This document shows, in pieces, positions 52,637 to 64,000 of a stretch of 64,000 bases of DNA. The position numbers and the translations under genes are program-made. The notes beneath the pieces are model-generated. The model was not told the origin of the DNA. It searched no databases and saw nothing but the letters and a program-made list of their open reading frames with translations. Each line of letters begins with the position of its first letter. Position 1 is the stretch's first letter. This DNA comes from Octopus sinensis (lineage: Eukaryota), in assembly GCF_006345805.1 (NCBI RefSeq), contig NC_043003.1, positions 114,266,001 to 114,330,000 of the forward strand, written 5' to 3'.

Positions 52637-53047
52637 GCGGTGAGCTGGCAGAATCGTTAGCACGCCAGGTGAAATGATTAACGATATTTCGCCTGCCGTT
52701 ACGTTCTGAGTTCAAATTCCGCTGAGGTCGAATTTGCCTTTCATCCTTTCGGGGTCGATTAAATAAGTACCAGTTACGCACTGGGGTCGATATACTCGAC
52801 TTAATCCGTTTGTCTGTCCTTGTTTATCCTCTCTGTGTTTAGCCCCTTGTGGGTAGTAAAGAAATAGGTATTTCGTCTGCCGCTACGTTCTGAGTTCAAA
52901 TTCCGCCGATGTCGACTTTGCCTTTCATCCTTTCGGGGTCGATTAAATAAGTACCAATTACGCACTGGGGTCGATATACTCGACTTAATCCGTTTGTCTG
53001 TCCTTGTTTATCCTCTCTGTGTTTAGCCCCCTTGTGGGTAGTAAAGA
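52637..53047 (+). mobile_element. SINE family B with dimeric body
   Basis: Head plus two ~183-bp units. Confidence 0.9.
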
Positions 53048-53196
53048 ACCCCAGTGCGTAACTGGTACTTATTTAATCGACCCCGAAAGGATGAGAGGCA
53101 AAGTCGACCTCGGCGGAATTTGAACTCAGAACTTAGCGGCAGACGAAATATCGCTAAGCATTTCGCCCGGCGTGCTAACGACTCTGCCAGCTCGCC
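53048..53196 (-). mobile_element. SINE family B 5' part, inverted and directly abutting the previous copy
   Basis: Reverse complement of 52638-52786. Confidence 0.9.
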
Positions 53197-53279
53197 ATCA
53201 TAAACAATGATGATTTTTTTTCATTTTTTATTTTACGCATACAACCGAAATATTATGGTGACGAATCTCGTCGATTACA

Positions 53280-53425
53280 TCCACCTCCGTATTCAACTGG
53301 TACTTATTTTGTCGATCCTGAGGGGGCGAAAGACTAAGTCCAGCTTGTCGAAATTCGAACTCAGAACATAATGATGCGAAGCATTTTGTCCGGCACGCTT
53401 ATGGATTCTGACAGTTCACCGCCTT
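53280..53425 (-). mobile_element. SINE family B, old diverged fragment
   Basis: aactggtacttattttgtcgatcc...gaaattcgaactcagaac...tctgacagttcaccgcc. Confidence 0.55.
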
Positions 53426-53450
53426 AATAATAATAATAATAATAATAATA

Positions 53451-53502
<52 letters not shown>

Positions 53503-53999
53503 CACCTCTTACGACCCCATCCTTCGCCGCCCATCTTCCAGCACCAAGCCATCTCGTCCATATTAACACCATCACCACCACCACCTATCAATAAGAACTA
53601 CCCCACCCTCTCAAAGCCCATCACAATTGATTCCACCTAACCCCTCTCTCTCTCCCACCCTACCCAGCCGCCGCATGACAAGTGTCTCCAACCAATTCTC
53701 ATTTCCAATTAAACACAACTATTGGCATTTCCATGTCTTTCCTCCTCCCCTTTCTTCTTCTTCTTTTTTCGTCTTCTTCTTCTTCTTCTTCTTCTTCTTC
53801 TTCTTCTTCTTCTTCTACTACTACTACTACTACTATTACTTCTTCTTCTCTTTCTCTTCCTTCTCGTTCTCCTCTTCACCCTCCTCTTATTTCTTCTTCT
53901 TTTTCTCCTCCTCCACTTTCTCCTCCTCCTCCTCATCATCATCATCATCACCATCATCATCATCACCACCACCACCACCACCACCACCACCACCACAAC

Positions 54000-54098
<99 letters not shown>

Positions 54099-54351
54099 CG
54101 TCTTTTCTTTCTGGACGTGGATTCAAATGAAAGTTTTTCAACGGGAACAAATAACGAAGAGACATTTATAGAACAGAGAAGGAATTGCCAGACTCAAGAA
54201 TGGAAATCACGTCCAAATACCTTTACACTATACAAAGCATGTTAGAAACCACAGTCAAATCTCACCCTCAAATCAATCACACTTTAACGTCTTCAATCTT
54301 GAAGACACATTGCAGCCTTACAAAATGTAATCTTAATTACATTGTGTCTTA

Positions 54352-54540
54352 AGCTGGCAGAACGAGTCAGCGCGTCGGACAAAATGTTTGGTAACATTTC
54401 ATTCCACTGCTTACGTCTTGAGCTCGAATCACGCCGCGAGCAGCTTTGCTCTTTTTTTTCCCTCTTGGGGTCGATAACATAAATCACTAATTGCACTCTG
54501 GGATCGCTATAATCGTCTCTGCTTCTCCCTTTGAAATTGC
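54352..54540 (+). mobile_element. SINE family B, old diverged fragment
   Basis: agctggcagaacgagtcagcgcgtcggacaaaatg...ttggggtcgataac. Confidence 0.5.
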
Positions 54541-54983
54541 TCGTCTTCAGCCAAAATCACAAACGATCACCTAGGGCCTAAAAAGGATGAGACTGTGATA
54601 GGCTGGAGCGCTTTTCCCTCTAAGTTTCTTTTCTTAGGGTTGACTTGGGGTTAAACAGCAACAGCAACAACAACAACAACAACAACAACAATGACAACAA
54701 CAATAACAACAACACTATAATTACTTCTGTTACATCACCACTTTCTACTGATGTTTACGCCACAAACAACATCGCCACCCCCACCACCTCTACAAGCACC
54801 ACCACTACAAACTTCGCAACCGCCATCTTCGACTACATCGTAACCAGCTACACCCACCCCCACCACTACAACCGAAACTACGTACTTCAGGACCTCCTCT
54901 ACACCACAGCCGCAACCAATGCTATCTACTACTACCACCGATACAATCATAACTTGCACAGCATCTCTACCACTGCCGCTACT

Positions 54984-55735
54984 TCTACCACCACAACTAC
55001 CACCTCTGCTACAACACAACCACAACAAATAACACTACCATCCCCCCTCTCCATCCCTGTATAGCTGCCCCTATATACAACTACCTACAACAGCCACTAC
55101 AACTACTACCACCGCCACTGCCATATCGTCTACCACCACAACTACCACCTCTGCTACAACACAACCACAACAAATAACACTACCATTCTCCCTTCTCCAT
55201 CCCTGTATAGCTACCCCTATACACAACTACCTACAACAGCCACTACTACTACTACTACCACCGCCACTGCCGCTACTTCTACCACCACAACTACCACCTC
55301 TGCTACAACACAACCGCAACAAATAACACTACCATCCCCCCTTCCCCATCCCTGCTGCCCCTATACACAACTACCTACAACACCCACTACTACTACTACT
55401 ACCACCGCCACTGCCATATCGTCTACCACCACAACTACCACCTCTGCTACAACACAACCACAACAAATAACACTACCATCCCCCCTTCCCCATCCCTGCT
55501 ACCCCTATACACAACTACCTACAACACCCACTACTACTACTACTACTACCACCGCCACTGCCATATCGTCTACCACCACAACTACCACCTTTGCTACAAC
55601 ACAACCACAACAAATAACACTACCATCCCCCCTTCCCCATCCCTGCTGCCCCTATACACAACTACCTACAACACCCACTACTACTACTACAACTACCACC
55701 GCCACTGCCATATCGTCTACCACCACAACTACCAA
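54984..55735. repeat. C/A-rich minisatellite, ~5 units of 144-149 bp
   Basis: tctaccaccacaactacc recurs at 54984, 55129, 55278, 55422, 55569 and 55716. Confidence 0.95.
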
Positions 55736-56191
55736 CCATACTCTACTACTACTACTACTACTACTGCTGCTGCTTCTGCTGCTGCCGGTTCTTGTTATTA
55801 CTGTTCATGTTTTATTTATAGAAGAAATATATTTATTGTTGGCCGACTGGCTTCACGCTTCGTTGCGTTCCTCACACAAAACCATTTTTCTCCAAAATGG
55901 TTTCACTTCTAAGCATTTTGTTTCCCCGGAATATCCATCAATCAAATGCAGCACCATCCAACACCCCCACCCCCAACACCCCTTGCAGCTTTCTTCTCTG
56001 CACTCGCTCTTTCTTCTTCTTCCTCTCTTTATCTCTTCCTTTGTCTTCTTTCTTTCTCTCTTTGTTTTTATATCATATTTTCTTTTCTCCTTTTTCTTTC
56101 GTCTCTTTCTTTCTTTTCTACTTCCTTCTACACTTTCTCCCTTCTCTCTAAATCGACTTCCTCTCTTTCGGTCTCTCTCTCCCCCCTCTCC

Positions 56192-56226
<35 letters not shown>

Positions 56227-56523
56227 TTCTATTCTTTTCCTCTTTCATTATTTCCTTCTGTCCATTTTTCTGCTTGTTTTGTCTCCTGTAAACATTTCAT
56301 TCTTTATCACATTCCTCTCGTTTAAATTTCCGCTTCTCTTCTCTCTCTCTCCCTCTCTCAGTTTATGAGTCTGTGTGCGTGCGTGTGTGTGGGGGTGTAT
56401 GTGTGTGTGTGTGTGCGCGTGTGTGTGTGTGTGTATGTATGTGTGTGTGTGTGCGTATGTATGCCTGTATGTATAACATAGTTACATATAATTTACACAA
56501 ATATTAGAATATACATAACCACC

Positions 56524-56590
<67 letters not shown>

Positions 56591-56878
56591 CACACACACA
56601 TATATATATACATATAGAGAAAGACAGTGAGAGAGAGAGATGTCGATGGTGATGATGATGATGAAGATGACGATGTCAACATGAATAGAAGATATATGTG
56701 CATGACTGTGTAATAAATTATGTATAAAATTTATCACATCCTACACACACACACACACACATCTTACCTTCATACATCTAATAAATAATATATTTGAGAA
56801 TCTCTCCTTCTCTTCTCTTTTTCTAGGTCTCTCCTTCTTATATATCTCTCTCTCTCTCTCTCTTTCTGTTATATATAT

Positions 56879-56924
<46 letters not shown>

Positions 56925-57776
56925 ATATATACATACATATATATACATATGGATGTGGTCGTAATCTACACTGTATTTATGTTACACGAGTTCAAGTTTG
57001 CGACCGGAAGTGTACCTTTATAATTTCGGGCCCTCCAATGCGAGCCGCACTTTTGCTCAAGCAAATGTCCCTCCCTCTTCATGGATTAGGTGACCTTCGG
57101 ACAGATGAATCGCCTTTTATTACTGTTTATTTGACCTCTAACTGAGATCTAATTGATCACACGTATGACCATCTATTGTATCCATGACCATCCCGTCCTT
57201 TTCTCAACTATTTTATTACCCTGGCCTATGGTATAAAACTTCTCCATGATGAGCATTATAGAGAATAGGTTTGAGGGTGACTTGGCTGCTATTTCTAGCT
57301 TCCATACATAGGAAATATATATACCACCCCGTCTCGAGCAGGGCATAGCTGACTTTAGGTTCTTGGGAAGAGGCTACAAATGATTACGATAGAAGGACAT
57401 GCTTTTCTTTACAACCTTGCTACCAAGTAGATGGCTAGTCAAAATTTATGCTAAATTAAAAAACAAAGAGAACCTACCTACCTACCTACATACATACATA
57501 CATACATACATACATACATACATACATACATACATACACTGCAAAAACTGTAAAACTTTATCATTTAGGTATATATAAGCATGTCTAGGTATGCAACTAT
57601 ATGCATGAGAATACATACATAAATCAAAACATACAAATCTTCACTTATATATACGTACATAAAGGCATAAATACCCTGTTGATATTGTTAAAATTCCAAT
57701 GAAGGAGCCTTGGATCTAGGTTAGAAACCGGCTCTTTCTCTATTGGCAAGAAATCATGAAATAAAACTGAATGACA

Positions 57777-58850
57777 TACATTGATAGGAAGAGTAGCCTC
57801 TTCTGGGTGAAGGCGCGTGGCTTAGTGGTTAGGGCATTCGGCTCGCGATTGTAAGGTCGTGAGTTCGATTCCCGGCGACGCGTTGACCCCTTGAGCAAGA
57901 CACTTTATTTCACGTTGCTCCAGTCCACTCAGCTGGCAAAAGTGAGTTGTACCTGTATTTCAAAGGGCCGGCCTTGTCACACTTTGTGTCACGCTGAATC
58001 TCCCTGAGAACTAAGTTATGGGTACGCGTGTCTATGGATTGCTCAGTCACTTGCACGTTAATTTCATGAGCAGGCTGTTCCGTTGATCGTATCAACTGGG
58101 ACCCTCGTCGTCGTAATCGACGGATTGCTCCTTAAGCCTCTTCTGGACCTGCGGTAGATACATGACCCCCTCTCCCACCTATAAGAATAAGCGCTTACTA
58201 TCCAGGAACAGGAGATAGTTACTAAATACCTAATAAACTAGAAGGATAAAGATACCAACAAACCTCCCCGTTGTGATAAAAAATGTCGGCTCTGCTATGC
58301 TAGTGTGGAAGATATCAGCCACATCATCTGTAGCAGTCTCCAAAATATCTATGAGATAATACATACGCCTGGGGCATGATGTAGTTGCAAAGACTATTTA
58401 CAATGCTATCCGCCGAAAGGACTGCTCTGGTGTATACATCGGAAGCCTGTCAGAACCAGCAGGTATTCACACCTTTAAAAGCAAGGACTACTGTTGGAAC
58501 ACTCAAATTAGAACATTGATTTGGCACAAACATAACAGGGCTGAACTTGTTCTGTGGGACAGGTAACAAATGGTATGTCGTAGAGGGCAGCTGCTCAACC
58601 GATGTGAATGTACAATAAAAGTCCCGGAAGAGAAGAACATTATGGCGAATTAATACGGAACTTTTGTACCCTAACTTTGAATTATCATTTGTAATTATCA
58701 TCATAGGTGCATTAGGTCATGTACCAACGAATATGCACAAGACTCTAGAAATACTCGGACAAAGAGCAAAAGAAACTGATGCAGATTCTCCAAATCCAGT
58801 CTCTTAGTGATTCAGTGAAAATCGGTGATTCTAAAAATTCTTCATGTGAA
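57777..58850 (+). mobile_element. R4/Dong-like RLE LINE 3' fragment (CCHC + endonuclease), interrupted by a SINE
   Basis: IDRKSSLFW|T...IQEQEIVTKY...KCRLCYASVEDISHIICS...GHDVVAKTIYNAIRRK...HNRAELVLWDR...IIIGALGHVP. Confidence 0.8.
57807..58134 (+). mobile_element. tRNA-derived SINE with 12-bp TSD
   Basis: Head ggcgcgtggcttagtggttaggg...gttcgattccc and body ccttgagcaagacacttta. AGCCTCTTCTGG occurs at 57795-57806 and 58135-58146. Confidence 0.88.
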
Positions 58851-59297
58851 ATTCTTACGTGAATAGAAGCACAGAGTTGGGTGAATGCATCGACAGTTCA
58901 ACCAACTCAACCACACATTTACAAACACAGGGATCTCTCTGTAACTCAAGAGGTTTTGTTGCTTTGCTAGCCACCGGCTCGAACTCTCTTAAGAAGAACT
59001 TAAATTAAACTGACGGAAAAAATCATACATACATACACACATACATACACACATACATTCATCCATCCATCCATCCATCCATACATACATACATACATAC
59101 ATACATACATACATACATTCATCCATCCATCCATACATACATACATAAATACATTCATCCATCCATCCATCCATACACACATACATACATAAATCCATAC
59201 ATACATACATACATACATACATACATACATACATACATACATAAATCCATCCATCCATCCATCCATCCATCCATCCTTCCATCCATCCATCCATCCA

Positions 59298-59329
<32 letters not shown>

Positions 59330-59339
59330 ATCAATTATA

Positions 59340-60890
59340 GAAACATATATTAATACATAAATTTCAAAGATATGTGGAAAGCCAGAGTGGCACAAGCAAA
59401 TCTTGCAGCCAGGAATGAAATCCCTCTCTTTGCAGAGAATTGTTGTTCCATAACATGCGTAAACATATACAGACTTCATAGAGGCTGCGTGAGCCAATTC
59501 CCACAAGGCCATTGGAGACATATAGTTACTGATAAAAAGATAGGTACGTGTTCGTGGCGATGTAGTAAACAACCGTTAATAAATAAAGCTGCACCGTGTA
59601 GAGTTAGAAACTACCTTAGGAATCTTGTGATTGTATGTATGGCTTCGTTCGAAAAAGGCCTTCCTTTCTATACGTTCTCACTACAGCTGATAGAAAGAAC
59701 CTGCTACATTAGTTGCTGCTATGGAAAAACTCAGGAACCCGATGATTTCTGTGATGACAATTCACTGGTTACAGTCAAGGTTCTACAACAGCAAGGGTCA
59801 CAAATATTACCCACAACTTCTCTTCATGATCGAAATGTTTATGATGCCGAGGAACAGATGAATTGAACGACAACATTTTAGGCCGATATAGAGATGAAAT
59901 TTGGCCAACAAATATCTTCATATTTAATTACTGAACAGAGGAAAACTATTTCCCAAACCCCAGATCTTTGCATCAGTGGTCTCTCTCCATCTCTCTTACT
60001 CCACGTAATGACTTTTACAAATATGAATGAAAATATATCATATAAAGGAACTGCGAATAAAGAGAATAATAGTGGAGTAAGCAAAGAATATGAAAGACAA
60101 CATGGCACTCATAGCTTTTTTCTTTCAAGATAATAGCCCATAATGCATTTTCAGTACCTATATTAATACCCACAATTAGGATATTTGAATGGTCTGTAGA
60201 GGAAAACCGTTGAATCGCTATGAATACCCTCAAGATCCTGACATCAATTGCAAACTGTCACAGAAACTGTGATACTGACAGATTTAATCGAATTGAGAAA
60301 GAGACTTAAGTGTAGACAACTTTTCAGCAACATTTGACAACCCTAAAACAGCACCAGCTAAATAATGGCAGCAATCAAATGCTGGAAAATAAAAAGGAAT
60401 AACATCCTTCGGCTCGGTAGATAATTTTTTGTGAAACTTCCACTTCCTGGTGACTTCTTATGTCAATCCAGATGAGCAGGACTGGTTTACTTCAGCAAAA
60501 TAAAACAAATTTTGCCTTCTACAAAAAACATTATAATAGGATATTCCTCCCACGCCACTTGAAGAAGATTAAAATATTAACTTTAGATATAAGCACACTT
60601 GGACGAAATATCGACTGAAGAAATCGTAATTGTCGATGATGTCACTCTTCGGTCGAGATCATAGAACATATGAAGTGACGGTTGTTATGGAAGTGTTATC
60701 TCTATTTGCCACCAAACAATGTACAACATGATCCGCAGAAAAAAAAAAGATTTCACTGGGATATCAATAACACATCTATCACTGAATACATATCAAGAAT
60801 TTACGAGGAACATTACCATCAGATCGTCTACCAAGAGCAAGGTTAGATATTTGGGACAGAAGAGAAAAATCATGTTTAGTCATCGAAGTT
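59340..60890 (+). mobile_element. Older, heavily decayed RLE-type LINE (RT to endonuclease)
   Basis: Degenerate RT blocks in order: [12 protein letters not shown] (NYRPITC), [12 protein letters not shown] (GC.EQLLINK), NLVIVCMASFEKG (NL..WLDY.KAF), FCDDNSL (FQGDSL), DIEMKFG, HNAFSVPILIP, LKILTSIANCHRNCDTDR, TMYNMIRRK, IWDRREKSCLVIEV. Confidence 0.7.
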
Positions 60891-61639
60891 AATAGAAATT
60901 TGTTCGCTTCTACCTATTTTGGAATTAACGTGGTGGTGCCACGCATTGCTTATTTCTTCAAACGCTTGTAATGGTTTTCTTGTTTAGTACTACTGCAGCC
61001 ACAAATCAGTTGTTGCTTTTCTTTTCTTGTGACTTATTGTAGAGTTTGCTTTTCTTGTTCTGCATTTCGGGTATTTTAGCAATTTTTAGATTTCAGACTG
61101 AACCGGGTCTTTTCCTTTGCAACTGTCATGGTGACCGGTTGTTGCCAAGCCTTTAACTTGCAGCAAAAGTATTTGAACATAGATTTTGCTGTAAGAGTGT
61201 TTCCTGTTCCAACAGCTGTTTACGATTTGTTTTCCATGGTATAAATCGGCACCGCAAAACCCACAGACATAATATCCAAATACAATTGTAAAATCACTTA
61301 AGAGCAACGTTTCATGGTTTAGAAGAGGCAGAAAGGAATAAAAAGTGCACCGTTTGATGTGTAAATCAGGATGTCAATATGGCAAATAACAGGAGTAATG
61401 TCTTTTCTTCCTATTTCCTACTACTTTAGAGAAACAAGAACAGGAAAGATGGTCGTTGAATTTTCGAAACTGAGGAAACGAAAGGTAATTCTCCTCAAAT
61501 CAAAGATTTCACCCCAAATGCTTACAAATGAATGGAATAAAGTTGCCTAAGAACCAAGGGGTAGAAGTGCTAATCAAGGCAACGGATAAAATCCAAAAGT
61601 TAAGAATTAAGGAAAAACAACAACAACAAAAAAAAAAAA

Positions 61640-61755
61640 GAAAAATTCTGCAGGTCTGCTAATCCACCGACCTCGGCTGGAATTTCATCTGATCGACTCC
61701 AAAATGACGAATAGTAAAGTTGACCTCTGCAGGAATTGAACTCGGGGTGCAGTGA
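61640..61755 (-). mobile_element. SINE family B, old fragment
   Basis: gtaaagttgacctc...ggaattgaactcggg resembles the family B body. Confidence 0.45.
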
Positions 61756-64000
61756 GTTGGAACAAAATCTTTTTATCACATTCTCTGATGACTTTACCTG
61801 TTTGACATCTAAATACATGCGAATTCATATAAGGGAAAAGAACCAGTTGAAGAACGGTGAAAATGTTTATGCTGACGTATTTGCTTTATGGTTTTTCAAC
61901 CAGAGAATACGAAAATATGCAATTTATCTCTACTGAAGTTTCGCATCCATAACCCGTTCATCTGCAGCGTTTAAATATAAAACATAAATAAATAAAAGTT
62001 TCTCTGATTCTGGGATGGTAAAGAAGTTTTCCAGTGTCCGAAGAAAACCAGAAACGATTACTATTCCTTTCTATCCACTGCACTGCGTTAAGTCGAAGAC
62101 AATGAGGGAATACTTTATGAAATTGTTAAATATGGAATTCACCAATTCCGTAAACCTTTTTCTTGTAATTATTTCAAGACATTATCCAGAAAAAATTGTT
62201 TCATAGTCAAAGTTAACTGAGTTAGAGAATACACTTAATGAAATAGAAAACACAATTTCTAATTACGTAGACTCTTTGAGAAATGCTTTATATTTTTAAG
62301 TCACAAGTGCAGTTCAATCCTTGGAGTTTTCATGTATTATGAAGACAGTGATAACATGTTTGCATATCTGAAGGAAATGTTTTAAAAAAAGATTTATGCA
62401 TTGCAGTCGGTTGCCGAGCAGAGTGTTACAGATTTGATCGATCTTGGTATGGAGAATTTTCTTTTGTTTTCTTTTAACATAATTTTTTTGCTTTCATCTC
62501 AAGATTTCTGATTTTGTTGAATTTGAATAAAGGAAACACCTTACTCAGTGAAAATTGGCAGTCACTGTTACTCGGCATCGCTAGGTTATGCAGATGTTTT
62601 CTGCCTCAAAATTCTTCTTTTTTAACACAGGACAAACCAACAACGGCAATTAGAAATACTCTTTGAGAATGAAACGAATTAAATTTACCTCTGGGCCTTG
62701 CGCTTGTTAATCAATGTGTTTCGCATGCAGTCAACAAATTGAAAATGAAAATAATTCTGTTGCAGAACTTTGGTCAAATTTGGAATCTTTCAATAAAATT
62801 TTGCTGAACAAATCAACATACACATGAATATTAAGGGATTGCTTGCTTAAAAACGTGAAAGACTGTTACAAGTTTTGTACAGAAATATTTCAGTTACAAA
62901 TGATGCTGCGAATCGATTCTCAGATGAATTAAACCAACGGAATATTTTTCATGTTTAGAGATGTTAATGTTAAATGAAGCATAAAAATGGAGTGATATGA
63001 AGGCATGTGTGAAGAAATTGATTGACAACTGAGTTGACTGGGGCAATGAGAGACAAATGCCTTGCTGAAGGTCACAACGAGCTGCCACTTGAGGAATTGA
63101 ACCGATAGCTTTATGGTGAGTTTTTATAACCTATTCACTACGCCATGGCACTTTCCCGTATTCAGTTGGAGCCAAACAACAGCAAGCTAAGTCTGAAAGA
63201 TATGTCAATTCAACAGCCTACGGTTTCTGATACATGTATGTCTTCATTTAAAAATTATTAATAATAATGATAATAGCTTACATCACTACATGTCCACGAG
63301 AAACCATGAATATTAATCAAAAGTGGTGGGGTTCAGACCTTAGCAATGTTATATGGAATATCAACAATTACCCAAGCGTTATAAATTATTGCTTAGAAGG
63401 TCAAAGTGTCATAGAACTCGGTACTAGTATTATTATTGCACGAGCTGAATTATCATAAAGAATTTGAAAGCAACTGTGGACAGCTTCAGGACTTCAGTTT
63501 CTACTGTTGATTAAATTGATGCAAATACTGAACTAGGAAATTATTTTTTTATGAAACTCAGAAGAATATAAGTCAAAGTTGAACTTCACTGAAGTACAAG
63601 AACGACTAACTGACGACTTTCAGACCAGTTCTGGATTTTGCCGTCGAGAACCCAACACATTTATACGGTTAAATGAGTTAACTGCGCTTTGTGATTGACA
63701 CATTTCCAATATCAGGTGGAATGAAACTAGTATCGACCCATGGCAGAATCGAACGTAAGATGTAGCCACAGGAGAAAACAAACAACAAATTAGTCGTTCT
63801 AATGTGATACCATTTTGAACAGCTTACCACATTGGTAGAACGTCAGTATTTAATAAAAAGAAGAAAAAAAGAGAGAAACAAAGTGAAATGAATGGATCTG
63901 AGAAAATATTTTATCGATAATCGAAAAAATGAATGACAAATTAAAAACGGCGAGGTTCAAAATGAAAGCGCAAACAGAGAATAATATTGCGAAAAATTAT

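Noticed and set aside
59436-59543. Apparent 108-nt symmetric exon (tctctttgcAG ... AG|GTACGT)
   Set aside because: It lies within a decayed LINE RT (NYRPITC-like block), so the splice-like signals are probably incidental.

Overview
This is AT-rich, microsatellite-saturated eukaryotic DNA, most likely an octopus (coleoid cephalopod) genome. That assignment is inferred from the tRNA-derived SINE families and the dense (AT)n/(AAT)n/(ATAC)n repeats. I found no intact multi-exon protein-coding gene and no prokaryotic features; most ORFs in the supplied track are translations of microsatellites. The window is intronic or intergenic sequence built from decayed retroelements (Tx1-like L1, R4/Dong-like RLE LINEs, RTE, CR1/L2-group), about 20 SINE copies of three families, DNA-transposon relics (maT DD37D, mariner end, a MITE family with 6-bp TSDs, a non-autonomous Helitron), a U6 snRNA pseudogene, a ~1.16-kb tandem duplication, a ~146-bp minisatellite and a ~215-bp palindrome. 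The best leads are (1) a full-length U6 fused directly to the 5' end of a SINE, (2) a tandem duplication that copies a putative promoter-exon-intron-exon module, (3) a tight cluster of POU MORE-type palindromes, (4) LINEs piled into (AAT)n tracts, and (5) isolated candidate exons on the minus strand. All of these were read by eye and need computational confirmation. I cannot claim a clear new biological system from this sequence alone.
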